A DNA stretch of 64,000 nucleotides from the NCBI GenBank assembly GCA_043228905.1, contig JBHGNT010000003.1, positions 15,252,001 through 15,316,000 of the forward strand. Reading direction: 5' to 3'. This stretch comes from Azolla caroliniana. Lineage: Eukaryota; Plantae; Polypodiophyta. A program made the position numbers and the translations under genes. The notes beneath the pieces were generated by a model that was given only the letters and a program-made list of their open reading frames with translations, made no database searches and was not told the origin of the DNA. Below, piece after piece: positions 49,323 to 62,156 of this stretch (within the stretch, counting starts at the first letter, position 1; each line of letters begins with the position of its first letter).

Positions 49323-52300
49323 AGAAACATATATGTCAGGAGTCCTTATTTCGCCCTCATTTACTACAACTATGTTGGTACGTTACCTAACCTCAAGTCT
49401 CATAATTATGATGGCATACGCCAAAGTGCAACCTAATGGTCAAGCCAAATGAGCCCATTTTTCGTAGTAGGCCCACGTGGCCCATCACATGGTCACATCA
49501 TTACGAATGCCTCTCGTAAGAATGATCTCATGGTGGCATCGTATCCTTGTAATGAGGGAGGGATGTTGGATACGTGTGTCATAAGAGTGACCTCACATGA
49601 AGTGGGTCAAACCCTACGTACTCAACATCATTATGGCTATTGGCATTTCTTTACGTAATGAAATATCGAAGTCACCAACGGGGATTTCAACAATAAAAAA
49701 CTTGTTGAAAAAGGGGTAACCTCTAGACGTATGAGATGAGGTTCAAGATCAGGTTACTAAAAGGGATATGTGGAAGACTGGAGGGCGGCCAAGACGATAT
49801 ACAACATCACTTATCTTACCAGTGATCATGTATGGGCCAAAACGTTGGTAATTCAATTTATCAGAAGGCCGAGTAGTCTTGATGTTGTGTTGGAGAATCC
49901 ATACACGATCCCCAACACAGAATTTTTTGGAGGAATCTAGGCAATGGTGATCTGCAAGCCTCTTGTGTGTAACTTGTGCATCATGTAAATTGTGAAGAAT
50001 AGCAGTGTGAATCTCTTGGAGGCGACTAAGATGATCCGCAACAGCAGGGTTGATAGGCACTTGTGGATGCGCATTCATTGTCCACCGAGGATGGTGGCCC
50101 GTATTTGCGTAAAATGGGGAATAACCCGTAGAAGAATGGACCGAGTTGTTGTAAGCGAATTCAGCCAAGTGCAGAAAATCAACCCAATCATCTTGTTGGT
50201 AGTTGATGAAACAACGACGATATTGCTCCAATGTCTAGTTGGTACGCTCAGTTTGGCTATTAGTCTCAGGATGATAGCCCGAACAAAGCTGAGCCGAAAT
50301 TCGGAGAAGTTTGAGTATATGCTTCCAAAACTTTGAAATAAATTGTGGACCCCGATCACTAATAATATCTTCGGGAAGACCATGGTGCTTAAATAGCTCC
50401 CGCATAACTAGATCGACCACCTCTTGACTAGTAATAGACTTCGTACATGGCACGAAATGTGCCATTTTGGTAAGTCGATCAACCACTGTGAGAATTGCAT
50501 CATAACCTTTTGAAACTGGGAGATCGGTAATGAAATCCAAGGATATAGACTTCCAAGGATTTTCCAGAATGGGAAGTGGTTGTAGTAAGCCATAGGATCG
50601 GTTTTGAGGACTCTTTGATCGACAACAGGTATCACAACTGCGAACATACTCCTCAACAAAATGACGAAGGCGAGGCCACCAATATTGTCGAGAAACTAAT
50701 TCTAGACTTTTGCGAACTCCAAAATGTCCAGCCATTGGTGACTCATGGCAATGTTTTAGAACTTGTGGTCGTGGGGAACCATCAGGAACATACAATAGGT
50801 TTTGTGGAAATAGAAAACCACCATGCCAATAGAACAAACGATAGTCTTGCTGAGGGTTTTTCGACTGCAAACTAGAAGCACGATCTGGGACAATATGATC
50901 CAAAACCTCCTTGGCAAATTCATCAGTGACCATATGATCTCGAATGGAATGAAGAAGAGTGGAATCTTCAAGTGTTGTTATGGCATTAACTACCATTAAT
51001 CGTAGGCAATTAGGACCCAAAAGGATTGTAGAAAAGAGTCCACGATTGCAAGAAGTTCTTTGTCATGGATCTCGTAGTTGATCTCTGCAGTTTCAAACTT
51101 TCGGGAATGAAAGGCAACAGAGATTATGTTTGCCAAATTGCCAAGAACTATACGAATTGGCTCGGACTCCTCGACTATATCACCTAATGCTATGGGACGG
51201 CCATCAATGACTCCTACGTCTACTGGGTTCGGGAGCTTATTCAAGAGGATGTTTTGTGACAATGCAAAGTCACGATCCATGAAACAAGAGTTAGCTTCAG
51301 AATCTAGGATGGCAGAGGCTAGGAATCGATGACACGTAGATGTGGTAAGCTCAACTTGTGCAGAAAAACTCTACTCCCTTGACTTGATAAAATGGAACCA
51401 CGACTAGGGACTAACTCGGATCCTGCACCGCCATATCCTCAATTCCTTCCTCGTTCCCCCGGATCCTCTACCCCTTTCAAGCCCTTGGGGAGTACGTTCA
51501 GTCGTCCCCGAGGCAGGTCGCATATCATCATATAATCCTCACCCCTCTCAGTTTTCTAATTATGTTCTTTAATCTCATTTTTTTATTTTTAGTTTTAAGC
51601 CTAAAGTTAATCTCCTATCCCCACTCCCACCTTCCTCCTCTACACCAAGCACTTTCACGATTCAGGTACGCTCTGTCATAACATGTAGATGTGGTAAGCT
51701 CAACTTGCGCATAAAAAACTCTACTCACTTGACTTGATAAAATGGAACCACGACTAGGGACTAACTCTACATATCTAGGATGGTCCAACCAAATGGCTCC
51801 TATTTTGGCCGGACTTACTCGTTTAACACATCCTCTAATTGACTCAAGACGTTGAATCTATTCTCATGGCATGGTCTATTAGGCTTATTGACATTATTAG
51901 AATTAACAATGGAGCTCGAAGTAGGAATATCACGTTGTCGTGAAGAAAACCGACCACGAGCGGAATCCGTGCACCGGAGCGTAGAAACCGACTCTTCATG
52001 CACGTGCGCCTTAAGTTGTACATAGGAGATCCTAGGTAGATTCGGTAGGTAGGGAGTAAAGGGGAAACGGCTCCTTCCTTGCCTATAAAAGGAGGGAGAC
52101 GAGGAGGGTAAGGGGATCGCGGTGAGTCGAGGACGAAGTGCTGTCGGTTTGCGCGCGAAGGCTTCTCTCTCTCCCTCTGGTTTGCAAATGCCATAGCTTC
52201 CTTCTGTGCAGGTTTCGGGAGGCTCGCGCTGCTCTGAGGAATGCTCGAGTGCTTCCGGCAGCACCTCCAACCTACTCATTCCTCTCTGTGCGTTTACGAG

Positions 52301-52617
52301 CAGGTATCGGCATCTGTTCGCCGGCCTGTTCGGTTGTAACTGACTTCGTGTTTGTTGTCTTCGTGTTCTTGTTGTTTGTCTTGTCAATACATACATACTT
52401 TCGTGTCTTTCTGTGTCGCTGTCCAACTCGCGTCTTTGCGTCGAAGGGCCGTGTCCCTGTGAATCTACGCTCGCACGTAGTGGGTCTCTCTCTCTCTCTC
52501 TCTCTCTTACTCTTCGGTACAGGACCCCAGAGGTCCCGCCTCACTCCACGCATCCGCGAGGAATACCTCGACATATTTGGTGAACCCGACGTGAAGGAGG
52601 CGGCAGAAGAGCAGAAG

Positions 52618-55558
52618 ATGAGGGGGTCGGATCTTGCAGAGGCCATGGCTTCGGCCGTGTATCGGATATTGAGCACACGCGAGGGCACCGGTGCCCTCGA
52701 CAGAGCCATTGAGGCGGTCGTCGGTACGATCAGCCGTTTCAGCGGAAAGGATGCTACGAAGTATTTGGCGTCCTACGGGGCGGAAATGCTGATGCGGGAC
52801 ATTCCGGAAGAGAGGCGTCTTGCCGGGTTCCCTCGAGTGGCGATGCCGAGCATCCATGCGGAGGTGCTCGAGGTACGGGCGGAGAGCCGTACTAGGAGGA
52901 GTTCGAAGGCCGACTCCTAGAGAAATATGGGCTGGACGACGCGCTCCGGCTTTTGAACCGGGACTTCATGGAATGGGTGGAGTCCCCCGGCAAAGGAAGA
53001 AACGCTGTCGTAGTGTAGGTTGCACACTATGTGGAAATTATATTTTTGTCCCTCCGGATAGAGAATGGAGTGCTCGGTGAGAACCGGAAGAAAACGGCAT
53101 ACCGGCAAGGAGGAAAACGGCATACCGGCAAGGAAGAAAACGGCATACCGGCAAGGAAGAGCCAGATAAAGAGACATAAATGTAAAAAAAAAAAAGAAAT
53201 ACTCACTACTGCGCAAGGCGTGATTCAAACTCTGCACCTCCACGTTGACAAACCCCAACCTTACCATTACATTAACTTATCTTAAGTGTTTTAAATATAG
53301 ATTTAATACGTATAAGACCTTTATTTATGCATACCTTTATTAAAAGGTAAATCGTGTATTTTTTTTAATATATGAAAAAGAAAAACACGAGACACTAAAA
53401 ATAACTCATGCACATCTAGCGTGCATGAGCCCTATACTTAGGAAATAAAAAAGCATCACATGCACATTTAGTGGACATGAACACTTTTTGTAAAAAAAAA
53501 AAGCATGAAGCTATGCTTAGCTCTTCCTTCCTTATATAAGGAGGAGAGAAATATATAAAGGGTTGTTGATTATTTGGATTAGGTATTAATCAATACAAAA
53601 ATTATTCGTGGGATTCACGATTTATACATCTACTTCTCTCTTAACACCCTAAGTACCAATTAATATAGTATACTCGTGTGATTCACGAGTTTCTTATCTT
53701 TCTCTTTGCTATTTACTCATAATTAATCTCTATCTCACGAACTTCTTTCTCCTAGTCCAAGACCTCTGTGGTTCCCACCCGACTCACGCAACGATCCGGA
53801 GCCGAAAGGCACGACAACGCGTCGGCACTCCTCCGGGAGTTCGAAGAACGCTTTGCGCGCCTTTCGGCGCCTGACCGAACCATTCTGGATACGAGCCGGG
53901 TCCTACTGTTCGTCAAGTTGGTGGATGAGCGGGACCGAGATCAAGTCGGCTCCTTGCTGGAAACTGAAGACGGGCTGACAACCGACTGGGCTGCGGTTAA
54001 GAGAGTCTGTGGCCGTTTCGACAAACGGCGAGAATGGGCTGACAACGGGGCGGCCGGTGCGGGCTCTGTTACAGCAAGGAGTCTTGAACCGGCACCGCAA
54101 GTGCGAAGGGAAGAAACCCGGGAATGGCTCGAAACCGGTCCGGCTTCGACCAGCATGGTGAATGGCTCGTCCGGAGGAGCAGCGCTAGAGGAGTTGACGC
54201 GGGCGATAAAGGATCTCCAGATCGCCCAGACTCGAAGGGAAGGCGGCGAACCGGCACGTGACCGACGGCCGGCAGCGGGGAACAGGTGCATGTGGTGCGA
54301 CGAGGTCGGCCACATTCGGAAGGACTGCGGCGATTTCGCAGAGGCGTTGAGAAACCAGGTGGTGTACTTGTGGGAAGGCCGGGTGCACGCTGGCGACACC
54401 AGGAGGGCCCTAAGCCGAAACGACGGGCGAGGAGGTATGAAGAGACTCATGGAAGAGGCAGCGGCCCGACACGTGGAGGCCATCCACTACTCGGCGTCAG
54501 CCGGTATTTGGGTCGGGGGCAGCGAGGCCCGAAAGGAGAGTAAAGACGGTTTCTGGTCGGCAATGCTAGGAGGTCTTGCCGGCGCACGGCTAAGGAAAGA
54601 GGAAACGGACCACGCTGAGAGACGGGTCCGGGAAATAACCGGGTGGAGCGATCCGGTCAAGGAAAAGACGGGCTTCGTAGAAGCCGCTTGCCGGAACTAC
54701 GAGGCTCTGGTAGAGGACAAACGAGTGGGAAAAGCCGGAGCGACCGGGCCCTCACAACGGTACGAGATCCGATTCGGGCAACGACGGAACGATACCCGCG
54801 GGTCCAGCTCGCAAGATAACCCCAAGAAGGGTGGATACCGATTGGGGACGGAAATAGAAAGCACTACGGACCTACGAAAGGTCCTAGAAGAACGGATCCT
54901 CGACAGCAAAGTGGAGCTGTCATTGCGGGAGGTGTTGGGGATCGCCAAGAAGGAGTTCCACGACTCCATTGTAGACTTGGTGAAACGAAAGAGGCTGTCG
55001 ACGGAGACGGAACCGGAAAGACCGGTAGAGGTGCAGACGACGCGCATCGACGACTCGGCGCTGGCAGATGAGTGGGCGGAGAGCCACTATTCGAGGCCAC
55101 ACTAGGCCCGAGCGACCACGGAGACCCCGGTAAAGATCGGAGATGTTCAGGAACCGGTGGTGGCATTGGTGGACCACGGTTCGGAAATAAACCTAATGTC
55201 CATGGACTTCTATAAGAAGGGAAAGTGGCCAATCAACACCAGGCACGGGTGGAAGATATGGTCGGCGACGCGCGCCACCGAGGAACTGCACGGGGCCTGC
55301 CCGAATGTGCAAGTAAAGATCGGCGACGTCGAGATTGACCAGCACTTCCTCGTACAGGATACGTCCTCGCATCCGGTCATATTAGGGGAACCATACATCA
55401 CGGCGGCGAGAATGGAGACCAAGGTGCTAGACAACGGTTCGGCCTACGCGAGGGTAAAAAGCCAGGACGGGCGCCATTCGGTGCAATTTCTGACGGTGCG
55501 GCCGAACCACGAGAGAAACCGCGAATCCCTCGGTGGCGAGAGCCGGGAGGATTTTTAG
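52618..55558 (+). pseudogene. gag: gag-protease ORF, disrupted by a frameshift, a solo-LTR insertion and a stop at 55103-55105
   Basis: CMWCDEVGHIRKDC zinc knuckle, ALVDHGSEIN protease motif, VILGEPY. Aligns with the open copy at 59700-61513. Confidence 0.88.
53006..53816. mobile_element. 811-bp solo LTR inserted in gag
   Basis: TGTCGT...ACGACA termini, TSD ACGC at 53002-53005 and 53817-53820, absent from the paralogous gag (~60088). AT-rich, with three 23-bp repeats at ~53090-53160. Confidence 0.88.
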
Positions 55559-58500
55559 AGAGGGCTGCCAAGGCGTGGGGCCGAGACAGTCCGGACACTC
55601 GGGAAAGACCCCACAGCTGTACGATAGAACAGAAACCGAAGAAACCTTGTACGATAGGTAGAAAATTCTGCTTCTCCGGCAACGGAGGGTGCCTGATAGT
55701 CGGCATCGTTGGGCGAGAAAAGACAAGGGCGGAAGTGCGACTTCGAGCGTGCGGAGTTCTCGGCCCGGACGAGGAAATCAGCGGAGCCGTGGAGATGGTC
55801 TCCTTCGATGACACCTCGGGTCGGATCGGACGGCCCAAGTTAGCACAAAGTACAAGGCTGTGGACCGGAAGGTAAGGCCAGTCGCGGCACCCTTACCGGA
55901 GGGCAGCGAGTCCCGGATCAGAGGGGTTGCGTCGGACCCCAGTTTACGAGATCCGGCCTGCATACGACACACCTTCACCGACGGGACGCTCCGGGAGCTC
56001 AAAATCGGTGGGGGCGGGTTCCTACTGCCGGCGGAGGAAGACCGGTTTCGGAGGATGCTCGGAAGGCACGGGAAAGCCTTCGCATTCTCACCGGAAGAGA
56101 TCGGGTGCGTAGACCCGACGATCGTGGAGCCGATGGTGATATTCACGGTACCGCATGTGCCGTGGAATCTCAAGCCGATCCCGGTACCGAGAGCTCACAT
56201 CCCGAAGTTGATGGAGCTATTGAGGCAGAAAGTAGATATGGGCATTCTCGAACCGTCGAGTGCCCCATACTCGAACCGATGGTTTACCGTACCAAAGAAA
56301 AACGGAACGATGCGCTTCATTCAAGACCTGCAGCCGGTCAACAGAGTGACCATTCGGAACGCAGGAATAGGACCGACCATAGACGAGTTCGCGGAGGCCT
56401 TCGCCGGAAGGTCGATTTACTCGGTCGGTGATCTGTACTCGGGGTACGACCAATTCCAGCTAGCCATGGAGAGCAGAGATATTACGACGATGCGAACTCC
56501 CCTCGGCCTAGTGCGAATGTGTACCCTGCCACAAGGAGGGACCAACTCGGTGGCCCACATGGTGAATGCAATGAACAAGGTACTGAGGGGTTGCATCCCG
56601 GACATCACCATGCCATTTCTAGACGACATCCCGATAAAGGGGTGCCCGGTGGAGGAGAAGGACGAGATAGTCGGGCCGGACGGATGCCGGCGATTCGTGG
56701 CGACACACATCGACGACTGCGAGAAGGTGCTACAGAGGCTAGAGGATGCGAGGCTCACCTTCTCCGGGGAGAAATCGGCCTTCGGGCAATCGGAAATCCT
56801 GGTGGTCGGACACCTATGTGGACCATATGGCCGGAAGCCGTCTCCGGCAAAGGTAGAAGCCATCTCCGTGATGAAGACCGACTGTAGCTCAGTTACGGAA
56901 GTTCGGAGGTTCCTGGGGGCATGCGCATTCTACCACATATGGATCCCGCATTACGCCCACGTAGCGGAGCCGCTATACGGGTTGCTGAAGAAAGGGCGAA
57001 AATTCGAGTGGCGAGACGAGCACACGGAGTCGGTCCGGAAGCTGAAGGAAGCTCTTGCGGCAGCACCGGCGCTCCAGAAGGCTGTCTACGGGAAGGGTAC
57101 CCCGGTATACATAACAGTGGATATGAGTCCGACCGGGATCGGATGGGTCGTCAACCAAGAGGACAAGAACGGCATTCGGTTCCCGATCCGATTCGGCGCG
57201 AAGGTCCTCAGTGAACGACAGCGAGGGTACGCCCAGGTTAAACGCGAACTCTGGGGTATCGTTTCGGCAGTAAAGGCCGACAAAGATTACCTGATCGGGA
57301 CAGAAGTGGTTATCGAGACGGATTGCCTGCCAATTCTCGGCATGGTTTCCGGATGCGCGACACCGGACCTGGCGATGCTCAGGTGGATAGCGTACATCAA
57401 GTCCCTGGACCCGGAAATACGACACATTTCCGGAAAGGACAATGCCATGGCCGACATGCTTTCGAGGGCGAGGTTTGATGACGAGGGTGGGATGGTTTCG
57501 GAGGACGAAGAAGTCGGCGTGGACTTCTTCGAGGCGGCGTACGTGACGACCGACGGGGCGAGCACTCCGGCACTTAACGGCTTCGACGAGAGCAAGTACG
57601 ACGGCGAGTGGCTACAGATCGGTGGATTTTTTAGGACAATGACGTCGGATGCGTCATGGACAAAGGACGAGGCCAACCGGATCCGGAAGAAAGCATATCG
57701 ATTCTTTCTCCAGGACGGATACTTATGGAAGCACCCGAAGAAGAGGAATGGTGTCCCGCTCCGGGTGGTGGCGATGAAGGAAGAACAAGAAGAGCTGCTG
57801 ACGGCCTACCACGACAGCCCTTGGGCCGGTCATCGTGGAACCTGGGCCACGTTCGAGAAGATAAAGGGGAAGTACTAGTGGCCGGGACTGTACCGGGACG
57901 TGCATCGATTCGTGACAACTTGCGAGAGCTGTCAGATGCACTCCATAGTCTGACACCGGGACGAACTTCACCCTACGTACCCTCCGACCATCCACTTCAA
58001 ATGGATGGTAGACCTGGTAACGATGCCGATAGGAGTAGGACAGATGCGGTATCTGGTCCTGGCTCGGGATGATCTAACAAACCAGGTGGAAGGCCGGGCC
58101 CTTCAGAACAAAACGACTACAGCCGTATGTCGGTTCCTGCTCGAGGACGTAATATGCCGGTACGGGTGCGTCGGGAAGATCGTGGCTGATCGCGGGGAGT
58201 TGGACGCCGAAGAGGCCGAGGAGCTATTCGACCGGCTAGGAGTCAAGCTCTCGCTTACCACTGCGTACAATCCGGAGGCGAATGGAAAGGTGGAGCGCGG
58301 ACACGAACCGATCATCAAGGCGTTAGTTCGGGCATGCGGAGGTCAAGTCGGGAACTGGCCGCGGCTGTTGCCTTACGCGTTGTGGGCGGACCGAACTACG
58401 CACAGTTCGGTAACCGGATTCATGCCGGCAAAGCTGATGTTTGGGCAGAAGCCGATCATGCCGATGGAACGCACGATCTCCTCGTGGGCAACCGTGGACT

Positions 58501-58946
58501 GGAGAGACGAGATGAGCCGGGAGGAACTATTGGCGGCGCGCATACGACAGCTCGAGCGGAGACCGGAGGACGTGGAGCAGGCCGCGGGAAAGCTTCGAGT
58601 AGCAAGGACGGGGAACAAAGCCCGGTTCGACCGAACGCACCGGCTCTGACCGAAGAGGATCGAGGAAGGCGACTGGGTGCTAGTCTACGACAGCAGCCTC
58701 GACAACCAGCACCGAGCGACACGGAAGTTCGCAAGAAGGTGGTTCGGGCCTTACGTGGTACAAAGCGCCAACGACAACGGGACGTACCATCTGGCGGAAC
58801 TCGACGGCACAAGAATAGTGATACCGGTAGCTGGGAAGCTGATCAAAGCGTTCAAGAAGCGTCACGACAACGAGCCGGATCCGGTTAACCTGGATCGGGA
58901 CGACGAACGATCCGAAACCGAGGAAGAACCGACGGGCGGGGAATGA
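55552..58946 (+). pseudogene. pol: pol (RT-RH-IN) with a few stops and one indel
   Basis: TKYKAVDRKVRPV, DLYSGYDQF, LPQGGTNS, FLDDIPIKG, YHDSPWAGHRG, IVADRGE, ANGKVERGH, WFGPY. TGG>TAG and CGA>TGA-type stops at ~57876 and ~57951, and another stop at ~58647. Confidence 0.92.
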
Positions 58947-59699
58947 AGGCTGGACCGGTTTTCTCCGTCCCAACACAATTTGGCGCATGCCGGTGGATGC
59001 GCGGTTAGGTGGGGGCGGATGTCGTGAAGAAAACCGACCACGAGCAGAATCCGTGCACCGGAGCGTAGAAACCGACTCTTCATGCACGTGCGCCTTAAGT
59101 TGTACATAGGAGATCCTAGGTAGATTCGGTAGGTAGGGAGTAAAGGGGAAACGGCTCCTTCCTTGCCTATAAAAGGAGGGAGACGAGGAGGGTAAGGGGA
59201 TCGCGGTGAGTCGAGGACGAAGTGCTGTCGGTTTGCGCGCGAAGGCTTCTCTCTCTCCCTCTGGTTTGCAAATGCCATAGCTTCCTTCTGTGCAGGTTTC
59301 GGGAGGCTCGCGCTGCTCTGAGGAATGCCCGAGTGCTTCCGGCAGCACCTCCAACCTACTCATTCCTCTCTGTTCGTTTACGAGCAGGTATCGGCATCTG
59401 TTCGCCGGCCTGTTCGGTTGTAACCGACTTCGTGTTTGTTGTCTTCGTGTTCTTGTTGTTTGTCTTGTCAATACATACATACTTTCGTGTCTTTCTGTGT
59501 CGCTGTCCCACTCGCATCTTTGCGTCGAAGGGCCGTGTCCCTGTGAATCTACGCTCGCACGTAGTGGGTCTCTCTCTCTCTCTCTCTCTTACTCTTCGGT
59601 ACAGGACCCCCGAGGTCCCGCCTCACTCCACGCATCCGCGAGGAATACCTCGACATATTTGGTGAACCTGACGTGAAGGAGGCGGCAGAAGAGCAGAAG

Positions 59700-61583
59700 A
59701 TGAGGGGGTCGGATCTTGCAGAGGCCATGGCTTCGGCCGTGGATCGGATATTGAGCACACGCGAGGGCACCGGTGCCCTCGACAGAGCCATTGAGGCGGT
59801 CGTCGGTACGATCGGCCTACGGGGCGGAAATGCTGATGCTACGAAGTATTTGGCGTCCTACGGGGCGGAAATGCTGATGCGGGACATTCCGGAAGAGAGG
59901 CGTCTTGCCGGGTTCCCTCGAGTGGCGATGCCGAGCATCCATGCGGAGGTGCTCGAGGTACGGGCGGAGAGCCGTACCTGGGAGGAGTTCGAAGGCCGAC
60001 TCCTAGAGAAATATGGGTTGGACGACATGCTCCGGCTTTCGAAACGGGACTTCATGGAATGGGTGGAGTCCCCCGGCAAAGGAAGAAACGCGTCGGCACT
60101 CCTCCGGGAGTTCGAAGAACGCTTTGCGCGCCTTTCGGCGCTTGACCGAACCATTCTGGATACGAGTCGGGTCCTACTGTTCGTCAAGTCGGTGGATGAG
60201 CGGGACCGGGATCAAGTCGGCTCCTTGCTGGAAACTGAAGACGGGCTGACAACCGACTGGGTTGCGGTTAAGAGAGTCTGTGGCCGTTTCGACAAACGGC
60301 GAGAATGGGCTGACAACGGGGCGGCCGGTGCGGTCTCTGTTACAGCAAGGAGTCTTGAACCGGCACCGCAAGTGCGAAGGGAAGAAACCCGGGAATGGCT
60401 CGAAACCGGTCCGGCTTCGACCAGCATGGTCAATGGCTCGTCCGGAGGAGCAGCGCTAGAGGAGTTGACGCGGGCGATAAAGGATCTCCAGATCGCCCAG
60501 ACTCGAAGGGAAGGCGGCGAACCGGCTCGTGACCGACGGCCGGCAGCGGGGAACAGGTGCATGTGGTGCGACGAGGTCGGCCACATTCGGAAGGACTGCG
60601 GCGATTTCGCAGAGGCGTTGAGAAACCAGGTGGTGTACCTGTGGGAAGGCCGGGTGCACGCTGGCGACACCAGGAGGGCCCTAAGCCGAAACGACGGGAC
60701 AGGAGGTATGAAGAGACTCATGGAAGAGGTAGCTGCCCGACACGTGGAGGCCATCCACTACTCGGCGTCAGCCGGTATTCGGGTCGGGGGCAGCGAGGCC
60801 CGAAAGGAGAGTAAAGACGGTTTCTGGTCGGCAATGCTAGGAGGTCTTGCCGGCGCACGGCTAAGGAAAGAGGAAACGGACCACGCTGAGAGACGGGTCC
60901 GGGAAATAACCGGGTGGAGCGATCCGGTCGACGAAAAGACGGGCTTCCTAGAAGCCGCCTGCCGGAACTACGAGGCTCTGGTAGAGGACAAACGAGTGGG
61001 AAAAGCCGTAGCTACCGGGCCCTCACAACGGTACGAGACCCGATTCGGGCAACGACGGAACGATGCCGGCGGGTCCAGCTCGCAAGATAACCCCAGGAAG
61101 GGTGGATACCGATTGGGGACGGAAATAGAAAGCACTACGGACCTACGAAAGGTCCTAGAAGAACGGATCCTCGACAGCAAAGTGGAGCTGTCATTGCGGG
61201 AGGTGCTGGGGATCGCCAAGAAGGAGTTCCGCGACTCCATTGTAGACTTGGTGAAACGAAAGAGGCTGTCGACGGAGACGGAACCGGAAAGACCGGTAGA
61301 GGTGCGGACGACGCGCATCGACGACTCGGCGCTGGCAGATGAGTGGGCGGAGAGCCACTATTCGAGGCCACACTGGGCCCTCGCGACCACGGAGACCCCG
61401 GTAAAGATCGGAGATGTTCAGGAACCGGTGGTGGCATTGGTGGACCACGGTTCGGAAATAAACCTAATGTCCATGGACTTCTATAAGAAGGGAAAGTGGC
61501 CGATCAACACCAAGTTTTCTCCGTCCCAACACAATTTGGCGCATGCCGGTGGATGCGCGGTTAGGCGGGGGCGGATGTCGTGA
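59700..61583 (+). CDS. gag: gag plus truncated protease in the second, pol-deleted internal domain
   Basis: Open frame (track ORF 59673-61583; first ATG at 59700). A deletion at ~61513 joins the protease to the pre-PPT region. Confidence 0.78.
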   Translation: MRGSDLAEAMASAVDRILSTREGTGALDRAIEAVVGTIGLRGGNADATKYLASYGAEMLMRDIPEERRLAGFPRVAMPSIHAEVLEVRAESRTWEEFEGRLLEKYGLDDMLRLSKRDFMEWVESPGKGRNASALLREFEERFARLSALDRTILDTSRVLLFVKSVDERDRDQVGSLLETEDGLTTDWVAVKRVCGRFDKRREWADNGAAGAVSVTARSLEPAPQVRREETREWLETGPASTSMVNGSSGGAALEELTRAIKDLQIAQTRREGGEPARDRRPAAGNRCMWCDEVGHIRKDCGDFAEALRNQVVYLWEGRVHAGDTRRALSRNDGTGGMKRLMEEVAARHVEAIHYSASAGIRVGGSEARKESKDGFWSAMLGGLAGARLRKEETDHAERRVREITGWSDPVDEKTGFLEAACRNYEALVEDKRVGKAVATGPSQRYETRFGQRRNDAGGSSSQDNPRKGGYRLGTEIESTTDLRKVLEERILDSKVELSLREVLGIAKKEFRDSIVDLVKRKRLSTETEPERPVEVRTTRIDDSALADEWAESHYSRPHWALATTETPVKIGDVQEPVVALVDHGSEINLMSMDFYKKGKWPINTKFSPSQHNLAHAGGCAVRRGRMS

Positions 61584-62122
61584 AGAAAACCGACCACGAG
61601 CGGAATCCGTGCACCGGAGCGTAGAAACCGATTCTTCATGCACGTGCGCCTTAAGTTGTACATAGGAGATCCTAGGTAGATTCGGTAGGTAGGGAGTAAA
61701 GGGGAAACGGCTCCTTCCTTGCCTATAAAAGGAGGGAGACGAGGAGGGTAAGGGGATCGCGGTGAGTCGAGGACGAAGTGCTGTCGGTTTGCGCGCGAAG
61801 GCTTCTCTCTCCCCCTCTGGTTTGCAAACGCCATAGCTTTCTTATGTGCAGGTTTCGGGAGGCTCGCGCTGCTCTGAGGAATGCCCGAGTGCTTCCGGCA
61901 GCACCTCCAACCTACTCATTCCTCTCTGTGCGTTTACGAGCAGGTATCGGCATCTGTTCGCCGGCCTGTTCGGTTGTAACCGACTTCGTGTTTGTTGTCT
62001 TCGTGTTCTTGTTGTTTGTCTTGTCAATACATATATACTTTCGTGTCTTTCTGTGTCGATGTCCCACTCGCGTCTTTGCGTCGAAGGGCCGTGTCCCTGT
62101 GAATCTACGCTCGCACGTAGTG

Positions 62123-62156
<34 letters not shown>

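Noticed and set aside
53941-61448. Antisense ORFs across the GC-rich gypsy element
   Set aside because: These are shadow ORFs of GC-rich coding sequence with no independent evidence.
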